A stretch of DNA of 64,000 nucleotides from Callorhinchus milii (taxonomy: Eukaryota). Position 1 is the stretch's first letter. Each line of letters starts with the position of its first letter. The DNA is taken from assembly GCF_018977255.1 (NCBI RefSeq), contig NW_024704742.1:33358001-33422000 (forward strand), written 5' to 3'. The position numbers and the translations under genes were made by a program. Below are positions 13,110 to 25,398 of the stretch, in pieces. The notes under the pieces were generated by a model, which saw only the letters and a list, made by a program, of their open reading frames with translations, did not search any database and was not told the origin of the DNA.

Positions 13110-13520
13110 ATAATAATTCTTATCACATCATTGAGACTTCTCAAAGAGTTTCACAGGAATTGCTGCAAATGTAGTGACTGTGTATTTGTAGCTAAATGGA
13201 ATGGGGTAGCCAATTGACTCACACCAATGCCCCAAAAGAAATCATGAAGTGAATGACAAATTTTATTTGGGGGATTTTTGGCCAGAATACTGGAAGAAAC
13301 TCTCTTCTCCTTTTGAGTAGTGCCATAGAGTCTTTACATCCACCTGAAAAGGCAGACAGATCCTTGGTTTAATGTCTTATCCAAAGGATGGCACCTCTGG
13401 CAATGCAACTGCCACCACATTATTAGAGGGTCAGCCTAGGCCATGAGCTCAAAGTCCCGAAGTGGGGCTTGAACCCACAACTTTCTGATTCAGGGTGAGA
13501 GTACTACCACATGACCCAGG
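13110..13520 (-). mobile_element. Near full-length Deu-domain SINE
   Basis: tRNA-like head (gtgggttcaagcccc box B on the minus strand), Deu-like body and L2-like tail. Confidence 0.85.
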
Positions 13521-14769
13521 GTGAATTAAGTGGTTCACTGATATTCTGGCCTTTAGGTAAAAAGGCATCAAATTGACAAAAACTGTTGACATTTGTTCAG
13601 TTTTTACAAACACACTAAAAGACATATCAGCGCCTCACTTACACATGTTGCCACAGTGATGATCCTAACATACAGTTCTTCTGGTTCTACTCTATCCACA
13701 AATACTTTTTAATCAAATTTCTCAACCTGGGAAACCCCAGTTAATCTTAAAGCGAAAATCTTAACAAATCATGTCAAAAATTATTTAAAAGGTTAATACA
13801 TTGGAATTGAAATAACACAAAAGCTTTTTATTGGACAGTAATCCTAAGCTTCTAAATGGGTCTAAAATACAGATATCGCAAATAGTCTTTGCTGTTGGCT
13901 TGTGTCGGGGCAATGAAGTAGCAGTATGTTGATTTTGCTTTGTTGAGTTACGCTGGTATCCAGAATAAGGTAATAATTCACCCCCAGAAAATCCTGGATA
14001 TATCTTAACTTCATTCAGTTAAATGTGTTCAAAACAAAAGTGATCCTATTTGGCTCCCATCATCTTCCCAATTGCTCGTTCCATCTCATGGAGCCAGTGC
14101 GCAACCTCAGCATTCTGCGTGACCTTTTGCTGAATAAATGGAGCATGACTATCAAGTACAAGCCAGGGCTATGTAAATGAAGCAAGGCTGCAAGGTGCAA
14201 ACTTGGCTGCAAATAAAATTGGCACTGGGTCCAGAAGCCAAAGAGGGGATTACTGAATCAGGCCAAAGTTAGTGTAGCTTGCTCCCAAAGCCTGGCTCCT
14301 CTGTTCCCAGTGAGTTTATGCCAGTCTCCCTGTCACTGTTTTCCACTCAATTGGTTCCAGGCACTGAAGTGAAAAAGTAATTCATCCATAGCAAAATACA
14401 CTGGAGCAAAATGCAAGCCGGCCTCAACATTTTAGGGGTCTCCAGAAAAATTATTCATCAGGGGGTCTCACCAAGTCTTTCTCCTTCCACTACCATCTGA
14501 TTTATTTCATCCCACTGAAAACTATCAGTGCAATTCATTTGAAAAGATATCCCTTTATTTTGATCAACTGGGTATCTGACCATAAGGACACCCATCACCA
14601 GACTTAAGAATTACCAAACCAAACCACTCAGAGCTCCTTATACACTTGTACACATATCATATTGCTTCTGTTGTAGTCTGATCATTAACTTCTCAGGTAT
14701 CTTTCAGACTTTTATTCTTGATAAATTCTTCAATGAAGCTACAGTACAGTTCAATGGAGATTACAGTAA

Positions 14770-15052
14770 ATTAGCATGGCCCAGCCTACCATCGGTGGCC
14801 AGGCTTTCAGCCTCTCTGTCCCCACCCTTTGGAACTCCATCTCACAATCCCTTCGCCTTGCTCCCTCTCTTGCCTCCTTCCAGGCACAACTCAAGACCCT
14901 CCTTTTCAACCATGCCTTCAGCCGCCCTCCAATCTCTCTGCCCTCTCTCATCCCAACCTGTCCCCCCACGCTCGGGTCCTGGATCCACAAATGCCTTGGT
15001 ATGTCTTCCCGATGTCAAAGGTGTTTTACAATTAATTTTCCTGCTGCTGTTG
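14770..15052 (+). mobile_element. L2 LINE 3' end fragment
   Basis: TIGGQAFSLSVPTLWNS...LASFQAQLKTLLF is an L2 ORF2 C-terminus; it is followed by a pyrimidine tract and a (TGT)-type tail. Confidence 0.85.
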
Positions 15053-15510
15053 TTTTCTTGGTTTCCTCAGTTGTCTTTGATCAGATACGGTTTCAGGAAA
15101 ACATGCAGTTTATGCAAGTGCTGGGATACAGGTCCTGCAGTCTGTTACCAAAGTAAAACTCATCAACACTGAGTTAGGCGCAAGGTTCCAAAAGAGAGGG
15201 AGGAAGGAGGAGAGAACAGGATGGAGAAAGTTGCAGAGTTAGGAAGATGCCACATCTTGAAAGAATTTGGAACAAAACTATCCTGAAGAACTACAGGAAC
15301 CCTTGCAATTTCAGAGAAACAATAGAGATCTGCTAACCCCCAAATATGATTTAACTCAAAGATGATGATCATAGTGGTAACTTTTTCAATGAGTAAAAAG
15401 TATTCAAACAAGAAACATCATGACGCATGATAGTATAAAATAACAAAGGAAGCAGAACAACATAATATCTTCTGGCCAACTATATATAATATCCTTCAAA
15501 AGGCATAGAT

Positions 15511-15790
15511 CAGTGGTGGCCAACTTGTGGCCCTCGGGCCAGAAGTGGCCTATGGGGCCATCAAAAAGCAGCCTAGGTAATGAGTCTAGGTAAGACCGTG
15601 TTCAGTCAGTTGTGTGTTTTCAGTTTTTTCTTGATTGAATATTTCTTGATTTATGACATAATAAGAAATATTCAATCAAGAAAATGTATTTTGTTGGCCA
15701 ACCAAAAAGGCATAGATACAAATGAGAGAAGAGTCCAGTACAAGAGGAAATCAGGTGAGCGCTCTACTTTAGTGGCCCATCCCTCTCTAC
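15511..15790. mobile_element. hAT-like non-autonomous DNA transposon remnant
   Basis: Begins 'cagtggtggccaacttgtggccctcgggcc', resembling hAT-Charlie termini. The right end is poorly defined. Confidence 0.4.
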
Positions 15791-18700
15791 CTTAAAAGCC
15801 TTTATTTTCGACTGTATTTTGGTCACCCATCCTTCCCCCCCACCTTTCCCAGTTCTCCCCATCCTCAAGTTGGGTTCCCAGATGGCTCTGTGAGGTGTTT
15901 GGGAGACATCCTCCCAATGTGGAAGGTGCTATAACTATAATATAGTTGTGGTCAAGCCAAAGCTTTAACAAGTAGAGTAGTCTTAGCTGGACAAACAGTG
16001 AGAAGCTTGTCAGATAGTGTTGTAATTGCAACCAGTGGTTTTATCTGTGTAAACCTCGGCAGTACCCCAACGTATACTCTGTGGTCTCCAAGCTTTGGTT
16101 CTCACTAACCTGCCCCTAATACTCTCAGGATTAAGTAAGCAGGGAATGCTTCTACCTTGGTGTATCTGAGAGTTTTGCTTTGGGTTTACTTTCTCTATCA
16201 TGTTAAATGTCTCATTTACCTCCATACGGTCTCCTCTGAGGTATGCCTTTTATAGTATGATCAGAGCCTGTATCTTGTTCCTTCCTCATAGCTCACTCCT
16301 CTATCATTGGGGATCAGCTTTGCTGCTTTTCCCTGCAGTCTGACAGTAACAGAATCAGCTCACCATCCCTCAGAATAGTCTAAGCCTTCTCTACACTACA
16401 TTTACTCAACAGAAGACAGCTATACTGCACCCCAAAGGCTAAACAGAAACAATATCTATTGTCTTAAAATTTAAGATAATGTGGAATTTGGCAAAAACAG
16501 ATCTCAAATTCAGTTCATTTTGGAAGCATAAAATTGGTTTCCGAATAGGGACTGGCTTTATGCATTTTCCAAAATTCTGCAGCACCTTAAATCTTTAGGC
16601 AACAGTCTTAAGGCTAGGAACATGGAAAATGTTAGCGCCCAGCAATTTATAGACAAAGTACAAGAAAATAGGAATTTAGGAGACAAAATGCCAACCAGCT
16701 CTATGATTTAGATCAATAATGCATAATTCTGGACAACACAGGTTTATTTTAAGGAGCTGCTACCTTCTTATGAGGTCAGACACTCTATTTTTCCGAAGTC
16801 AATTGCACTCTGCTCTCAGCTGGCCTGTACACTGTACACTGGAATTGCTCCATCTCATTTTACCCTTTCCCTCCGAGGCAATCTCTGGGCTCCTTCCAGC
16901 TCATCTCTGTGCAGCGTTCATGAGGTTTGGGATTCTGTACATCAAATCTGCATTCCACGGCACTGTCACTATCCAAACCAACAATACTACTGGATATATG
17001 TCTCGTTTGTTGCAGTATCACTCCAATACCTCTGCTCCCTTTTAGCTCACAAATCCATCACAACACTGCATGCCTTCAGGTCACAGTGGTATCACTGTGC
17101 AATGACTAGATTTACATTTCTCTAGTTGCGGTGTCAGCCCTATTTCTCTCTGCACACTTTCTATCAAGAATCCAGCTCATCCCTTAATAAATCGACTCTG
17201 AGGTGCCTTGTTCCCATGATCATTTTTTTGTGAGGAATACTGCTCTGGCAGACGGAGATATATTAATTCTGATGTAGTTTCTTCACTGACATGCCGGAAA
17301 CATTTAAAACGTTGAGATCCTCTCCCCCCTAGGAGGTGATGGTCTGCTTTTCCTGCTGAAGGGGAAAAAAAGCAGCCTGGACACCCACTGAGCCCAAGCC
17401 CTGGCTTGCACTGAAAGGTCTAGTTGAGCTGCAGTGCTGGGACTGGGAACGATGCCAATCCTCATTTAACATAATGGCAGCTGGCGAAAGACACACCAAC
17501 TGGATACATCACCCAAGCTGGTCTTTCTCTGGCCTGGAGACCTGACATGGCACAACTCTAGCAGCTTGCTTTTTCAGTTTTGAAGAGGAAAGCCTTCTCC
17601 AAACAAATGATTTCCATTCCATCGATGGGAAGAACATCTTAGATTGAAAGTATTCACCGCTGTTACTCCACTTCCCTGACAAGCACCGCTTCCCCTCTAA
17701 GAGGAAAAATTCAATGGAATTTCCTCGATTGCATTTAATGTAATACAAAGAAAAGAACTTATCTTTGATTGAACTGCCACCCCTAAATGTGTAACCTGGC
17801 TTCTTTTAGTGCTTTCAGATGAATTACATCAAACCTCCAACCTTTTACAATCTCTCAAATGTTCTATTCCTTAAAGATCATTTTATTGTAATCTGCAGTA
17901 TTTTGCTTGTTCTCACGTACATTTCAGACATTATCACCCATCACTTTACTGCTAGTCTGTACAGCAAAGAATACGGCACACAAACAGTGAATGAAAGGCT
18001 CTGCCAGGCTGTTTGTCTCCACACTATCTCGGGGCAGCTACACTGAGACTAAAGCATTCGAGGTTCTGTGTGGGAGTGAGAGGCTCAGATGAGCCGTGAG
18101 ATGGATGAGATCTGATTTTAATTCCAACCATTTTCATAGAAACATGGTAATAATTGCAAGTAGACAATCTAATAAGCTTGAATCATTTTTAGTTGACAGG
18201 AACTTGTCTAGTCACTTTCCAAAACTCTTTGTAGCTTCTTCTTCCGCCAACCTGTGCTGGTCGTCTTCTTTTCTTTTTACTAAAACATTAAATCATCTAC
18301 ATTTCCTGCTCTTTCATTCAAGATATTTAAAGGCATCTTACTGACATGTTTTGTTGTAATTCAGTGATCACAATCACTATTACTAATTTATGTTATTGTG
18401 GAGCAGAGCGCAGAGATGAATTCTGAGATTCCATTGACTGACCCTTGCTAACCTCATAACATGTATATGTTCATCGTGTCACAAGCGATAAAATATGTAA
18501 TTCAATAAGGAACAAAAGGCTCCCATACTACAAATCATTTATCAAATTAGCTTAAAGGGGAAATACAATTTCATTTTTCAATGATGTTTAATAGAGATGT
18601 CCACAAATTCCCCAGTGGAAATTCTCAGTCTTCCAATGATTAGATCAATGAAAACATATCAATCTATGGTGCTCAACAGAACAACTACAAGTAACGAATT

Positions 18701-18825
18701 AATTCAGCATCGGGTGTTAAAGGACAAGTGACATCCACGGGTCAAAGAGAACTGCTAATGAATTATGGTTGATGTATAGATTTCCATGGTTTCCAACGCT
18801 TGGAACCATCTTAAACCAAACGTAC

Positions 18826-18927
18826 CTGATTGGATGTATTGATGTCTATACCTCCCTTGAGGTACTCGAGTACTTTATCCACATTCCCTGCTCTGGCAGC
18901 GCGGAGGAAGCTTGCGTTGCTGTCAGA
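18826..18927 (-). CDS. ANK2: Ankyrin-B first common coding exon [34 protein letters not shown]
   Basis: 102 nt, phase 0/0, acceptor ttctttcttttgcag, donor CAG|gtacgt. [15 protein letters not shown] and YLKGGIDIN match ANK2 rather than ANK1 or ANK3. Confidence 0.96.
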
Positions 18928-19657
18928 CTGCAAAAGAAAGAATACCCCAAATGAGTCATACATTTTAAAACCTGCTCCACCAAATGGCTGCTGAACAGCA
19001 AATGGCAATCCCATAGAGTGCCTAGTAAATAGATCACAATCAAGTTGAAAGTTTACCCCAAAATTGTGAGTTTTCAGAGTTCACAGCATTCAGATTTCAA
19101 ACAGCAATTCTGGGCAGCCTACCGTAACGTCAGTTATCTCCAAAGAACTTTCTCTGTGTTTATAAAACTGCTATTCAAACTTTTTTTTGAAACCATCTCT
19201 CTGCAAAATTGAAATGGCCACCAGATCTAAATTGCAGTATGTTTCAATAGATTTCTTAATAGGAAATATGTAATTATTGATTTCTGTATCATCAAATATG
19301 CAAAAAACACATTATCAAATGTCTAAATCATTGAATTATATTAACTTAATATTCTATAAAAGAGAGAAATGTGCTGAAGAAGAATAATAATAATAGAGAA
19401 AACTCCTGATAACTTGACCCTGACATGTCACTATTACATAAGTCAACATGCTGTCAATATCCTGAACACATTTATTTATGTATTTATATCTGTGCCTAAT
19501 TCACCACTCCAGATAACTTGTCACTGAACCCTTTTCCTTTGGAGTGACGAATTATCAGGAGTTCAATGTAAAACCTTCATTTGATTCAGTGCTTTTTTCA
19601 AGTCGTCAAAACGTCTCAAATCTACACAGGATTTACTATAAAGCATAGTGACTGTAT

Positions 19658-20584
19658 AACTCAACTCTATTTTTCCACCTCTCTTTGCGACCCCCAGTCC
19701 CCTGATGTTCTGTCGGCCTGCCTGTCAGACCTCAGGGGCTGGGTGAGCACAAATTTTCTTCAGCTGAACTTTGACAAGATGGAAGCCATACTCTTTGGCT
19801 CTTGTCGACGTCTAAAATCTCACGGTTCTCACCTCCTCCACCTACCCAAACTCCCCCTAAACTCTCCGAGCCCATACGCAACCTAGGCTTCATGTTCAAC
19901 CCCCAATTATCCTTCCTCCCCCACATCTAGTCTCTCACCAGCACCGCTTTCTTCCACCTCCAACGCATTGCCCGTCTCCACCAATACTTCACTCCAAAAG
20001 CCGCTGAAACCCTGGTCCATGCCTTTCCCACCTCTCGGCTGGACTATTCAAAGTCGCCGGCCTCCCCTCCACTACCATCCATAAAATCCAGATTATTCAA
20101 AACTCTGCTGCCCGCATTCTCACCCGCACCAAACTCCACTCCCCGATTACCCCAGTCCTTGTCAGACTGCACTGGCTGCCTGTCCCAGAGAGGATCGATT
20201 TCAAGATCGTCACCCTTGTATTCAAATCCCTCCACTCCCCTGCACCCCCCTACCTCTCTGATCTCCTCTCTCCTCACAACAGTGCCCATTGCCTTCGTTC
20301 CTTCGGGTCTGGCCTCATCCTTGTCCCCCGAGTCCTCCGCTCCACCCTCGGAGGCCGTGCCTTCAGCCACTATGTCCCGAGGCTCTGGAGCTCCTTTCCT
20401 CACTCCCTTCACCTCATCCCTTCTCTTCCTACTTTCAGGTCTCTGCTGAAGACCTTTCTTTTCGACCGCGCCTTTGGTCACCTTCCTCCCCCTCCCCCTG
20501 ACTCAGCCCCGGGATCTATTACTTTGAAGTTACTGAGATGCCGTCCGACGTGGAGGGTGCTATATAAATCCAAGTTGTTGTTGT
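19658..20584 (+). mobile_element. L2 LINE, 5'-truncated at the RT (DD)TQLY motif, inserted into a minus-strand SINE
   Basis: TQLYFS...NFLQLNFDKMEAILFG, RNLGFMF, LHWLPVPERIDFKI, LKTFLF; tail 'gtgctatataaatccaagttgttgttg'. Confidence 0.92.
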
Positions 20585-22378
20585 ATATGTAGGTGTTTGC
20601 AGAAGCCAATTTGCACACAGCAGTGTCCCGAAAACAGCCATGACCAATTTAATTGAGAGGATTGTTGGCCAAGACACTGGGAGAAACTCTTTGAACAGTG
20701 CCATGGGATCTTTAATGTCCACTTGAACAGAAAGACAACGTCTTTCTGTTCAAGTGGAACAAGTTCAACGTCTATTCCAAAGAACGAATTTCTGGCAATG
20801 CAGTATTGCAAGCATTGCATTGGTTAACATCTACCTTAGCATTCTTAACTAATTTAATTGTTCAGAAATTTTGCCCACAAAGTATACAGTCAATTCACTT
20901 TACGGTATATTCCGTGAACCGCTTTGAGGCATCTCAAAGATGTGATAAGGCGCTATATCAAATGCAAGGCTTATTATTATTATTAATTGTATATTTTGTG
21001 TGAAGAATTTTGTTCCATAGTTTAAATTAAGCCCTAATTCAAGGAACAGTGATACAAAATATTAGTTTCCCCACCAGAATTCAGAAATTGCTGCTGACAC
21101 AATCACTAGGGATACAAATCAAAAACACTTAACAAAACTTAAGATGGCTACAGCCCAATCCGCAGCATTAAATCAATGCAAACAATATATTCCTCCACCC
21201 TGTTCTGTTGGGTACTTTCAATTCAGTGTAAAAGGGACAAAATAATTCTGTATTAAATCCAAATTTCAGCACCAGGTAAGTTAGCAAGAGGAGCCTGCGG
21301 TCTTTAGCTAAACTGCATTACGTTTCATAAACTGGTCAACAGGGAGGGGTTGCATCTCAAACTCCGCCAATAGAAAGGATTGAAATTCTGCTGCACTGCA
21401 GTGATCTCACTGCACAGGATTCGCCCGTGTCCTCACGCATACCTTCTCCAGGATAAATACAGCGAAGGAATTGAATTTTAAATATAAATTGCAGAAACAT
21501 TTCTCTGCACCATGGATGCCACTGTCCCCTCTCTAATCACAAAGCTTTCTTTATTTAAATTCATCTCCTAGGGAAAGCTGAGCTTAGGAATGTACTGAAA
21601 AAAAACCTGACAGCTGCATTAACATGCAGTGCCAGAGACTGCAGCGACTGGTATATAACACTGCAGCCTATCCCTATTCTGATTTTATCACTGACACTAT
21701 TCTGATAATTGCTGTTTGAAATCTGAATTCTGTACACGTGATACAATGCTTCAGGGACTGTGATGCCTTCTATAGTCCACACTGGCAAAAGGTGTGGTAG
21801 CAATATAGCAACAGCATCAAAGTTCTCGTTTCTCACGGACTTCTGTAATTTAGATTTTGTAATTTAGCCATGATCACTAGTGGGTTTGACAAGAAGGTCT
21901 GCAAATGCTTTGCGTGTGGGTTTTTGTTAAAGTGGTCCTTGGTACTGTGTTGAATAGTTTCAATTTTGTGTATCTCCATCACTGGTATCCTACCAAGCTA
22001 GTTCAGTATACAAAGCAGTGTATTACAGCAATGGCTGAGCATGTAGCATCCATGTGAGTCAGCCAGCCCACAGAGTTGGCACAAAACAAAGCCTCATTGC
22101 TCTCCTTGATCCACATCAACCACTGCAGTGGCCAAACTCATGTTTCTTCATGCAACTTGCTTCACTGAATTGACGTCAAGGTTCAAAATATCACATGCAT
22201 TTTACTTTCTATTTTTCTCTGCCTGCCAGAACGTCATTATGTTACGTTACATGATCTATATTTGCACACCCTACACATCAGCTCATAGTTGTGAAATACT
22301 GTAGCTATTATTGAATGTAGAAATTACTATTAAATATGTGGCCGTGGAGGGTAAAATGCTGGAACACATAGTCAGTGT

Positions 22379-22834
22379 TCATATAACATTGTAAATCATT
22401 AAATCACCTCTGATCGACCAAAGTGAGTCAATAGGCTGTATGACAATACGTTGCAAAGATAATGGGTTAATAATTGTGGTATTCCTTAAAACATTCTGTT
22501 CCTCAACTATTCCAATAATTAAGGAATTCTTTATCAACTGTAAACAATCCGCAATGACAATTCTGGCACTGGTTGGAGGGACACCGGCTGATGTTGCGAA
22601 ATTAGCTTCTCCCTCCAAGCCGTTCAGAATTGAATCACTGCCATCATTGTTTTTTAATAAAGTGAGAGAGTCGATTCTTTGCCTGTCAGTCGACAGAAAC
22701 AATCTGTAACTTAAATGTTCGGGATCTGACAATGAAATCCAAATCTCTCTGGATCTTGCCTGAACATTTCTGAGTCTGTACATTATTGGTAGCACTAAGA
22801 AACATATTGCTGGAATAAACCAAAACACCGTCAT
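22379..22834 (-). CDS. Orphan 151-aa ORF with hydrophobic N-terminus; function unknown (possible endogenous viral or captured sequence)
   Basis: Longest ORF in the window and not attributable to any recognised repeat. The frame is open for ~180 codons including upstream codons; start context aagATG. No family recognised. Confidence 0.25.
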   Translation of the reverse strand: MTVFWFIPAICFLVLPIMYRLRNVQARSREIWISLSDPEHLSYRLFLSTDRQRIDSLTLLKNNDGSDSILNGLEGEANFATSAGVPPTSARIVIADCLQLIKNSLIIGIVEEQNVLRNTTIINPLSLQRIVIQPIDSLWSIRGDLMIYNVI

Positions 22835-25189
22835 CTTGCTCGGATTTTGATTTTGGAGTAAGATATTTCTGCAGCCTGTTGGGTAATCACAAATGTACTG
22901 CTGTACATCTCTGGGCCATTAGAGATGAGTGTTAACACAATCCATTGTAATGTAGTAAGATTTATACCACAGTATCAGGATGCCTCCTTTCTCTATATAT
23001 GCCAGGAATTGCTGTGTATTTAACAGCACAGCAGGGCTTTCACAAATATGACACCGACACATCTACATAAACTGATCACTCTGTTCCACTAGTCAATGAC
23101 CATTGGCCCTATTTACATGAAGTCAATAATATCAATACTTTGCCTGACAATATTAAATCCATTCAATAATGACAAGAGTTGCTCTTCTGGACACTTTTCA
23201 TGCAACTGCTGCTTGGCTGAATGATGTTCCCTCAGAAGGTCAATTCATTCTGAATGGACGTTTGGCACAGGAAAAATAACGATGGGTTACCATAATTTGT
23301 CAGAAACAAGTAAATGTAGAATAAAGTACAATTGGTCACATGTGACCCTTCAGTATGAGTTCTGGTGATGGTCCGTACTCAACTCTACTTTTGGCCTTGG
23401 GTTGCTGATTTAAACCTGACCTGCAAGATTTTGTGTTTTTATTTCAGGGGAAAGATGATGGAAAGCACGGTCAGAACGGTATATCTTGAGATGGACCTTG
23501 AATGAGGGGAGACAGTAAGTGAGTCAGAGTAGAATGTAACCTTTACTATTACAATTTAAAGGGATAGTGTCTTTTTAACTAAAAAGTAAAGATGAAAATG
23601 ATGTTAATTATGTCAATGGGGGAAAAATGCAACATCCAATGCAACATTGTTAATAATAATGATTATTATAATGATAGTCATTGCATTTGATATAGTGCCA
23701 GTCATTGACTAGGACATTACCAGGAGCAAAAAATCCAACGATTATGTTTCACTCTCCCCAGATCTCTTTCCAACCTGTACCTAAACTAGGTGCTTTTCTG
23801 AACAGCATTCCCATTTCATACCAAAAAATGGAAAGTATACCTTGCAGAACACTCAATAGTTTGGTTTGGAGTCTCTTAAATATGTATGTATTTAAATTCT
23901 ATGTATTTAAATATACCCAGTGATTTTTGGCCTATTATCTTTCTTACAACTGGTAAATATCCTCTGTAACGAATTGCCCTCATTGTGTAAAGAAATATGC
24001 TCAGAGATCAACAAGTTCAGTGCAAATTAATTTTTACATGTTTTTAATAATAATCCTTGCATTTGATATAGCGCTTTTCACGTCGGGAGGACGTCCCAAA
24101 GCGCTTCACAGAACACACTGTTTTTAGTTTGGTTTTGATTTAGTTTTATTATATATTTATTTTCACTGCTCGTTCAAATGATTACAGGGATATGTGAACA
24201 AGTTGCATTTACTGATATATAAAGAAAGCAGTAGATATTAGCTGATATCACAAGATAAAATTACCGGGGGCAGAGATGGCGATGAAAATTTAACTGAAAT
24301 ATGAGGATTTTGATGACTCTGTATTCAGGAAAATGTCAGAGGCCAACTAATGAAAATAATATTTGTGTTCCATTTGGTAGTGCTGGTCTAATTGACCACT
24401 TGCACTGTGAAGTTGCCTTAGTTACATTAAAGGTTAGCCCCAGTACAGCTGAAGGTTGAATGCATAATTGCAAGCAGATCACATCAATACTGATGAAGAG
24501 GGTTTTTTCTCAGCATTGCAAGAATTTTTTTAATATTGGCTACAAGTTTGTCTATAATAATTCTGAGGTACATTGTAAAGTCTTCAGAACAACATTGAGT
24601 GCTGCCACAGCTGAGATCAGAGGCCCGAAATTCCACCTGTAAGACCATTTTGTCTTAAAATTTAACATTATGTAGAATATTCTTCTGCTTAATTTTTAAA
24701 AAAGAATCATATGACAAATGAAAAAAACACAAAATTAAAATAAAGACATACAGATATGTACACAACACTATTTTGCTAACAGAAGGTGTCCTGACCTTTA
24801 GAGAAAGGTATTCAGGCTTGTTTTGGAGAAAGCATACAGCATTTTGAAGAGCTGCTTCCTAAGATTTTAGGCACGAGAAAACAAAATTTGCTGCAGCGAT
24901 AAATTTCCGAATTTGCTAACTGTAAACCTTACTTTAAATTGACTGAATAAGAATTTAGAAATATAGCCTAGAAAGGACAGAAGTGGATTTATAATAATAC
25001 ACAAAATTCTCGGCCGGCCAGACCAATGTGAGGGAGATCGGGTCCAGTGAGCCAGAATTTCCAGCTAAGTGTGATTATGATGCCGGTAACGACATTTACC
25101 AGCTTTTTTCAATGATGAAAAGTGCTGGTAAAAGCCGCTATCGGCATTGTAATTGTTTGAATCTCATAATCAGAAGCCAGTGAATATTC

Positions 25190-25398
25190 AGTGCTGTGGG
25201 ATCTTTAACATCCACCCGCACAGACAGATGGGACTTCGGTTTAACATCCCATCCAAAGGACAGCACCTTTGACATTTCAACACACCCCCAGCACATGACT
25301 GGAGTGTCAGCTTAGAGCTAGTCAAGTCCCGAAGTGGGGCTTGAACCCACAACATTCTGACTCAGAGGCAAGAATGCTACTAACTGAGCCAGGCTGAC
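25190..25398 (-). mobile_element. Deu-domain SINE 5' half (tRNA-like head)
   Basis: Minus strand reads gtcagcctggctcagttagtagc...gtgggttcaagcccc (boxes A and B). Confidence 0.8.

Noticed and set aside
8639..18927. Assignment to ANK1 or ANK3
   Set aside because: Recalled ANK3 (SDANASYLRAARAGHLEKALDY) and ANK1 ([22 protein letters not shown]) fit worse than ANK2.
18811..19014. 67-aa ORF as a standalone gene or ANK2 start
   Set aside because: Only 18927-18826 is exon; the rest is intron read-through past the acceptor and donor.
14751..20501. Long ORFs 14776-15156, 14795-15172, 20044-20481 and 20159-20449 (also 49150-49581)
   Set aside because: Frames or antisense frames of pyrimidine-rich L2 remnants, not host genes.
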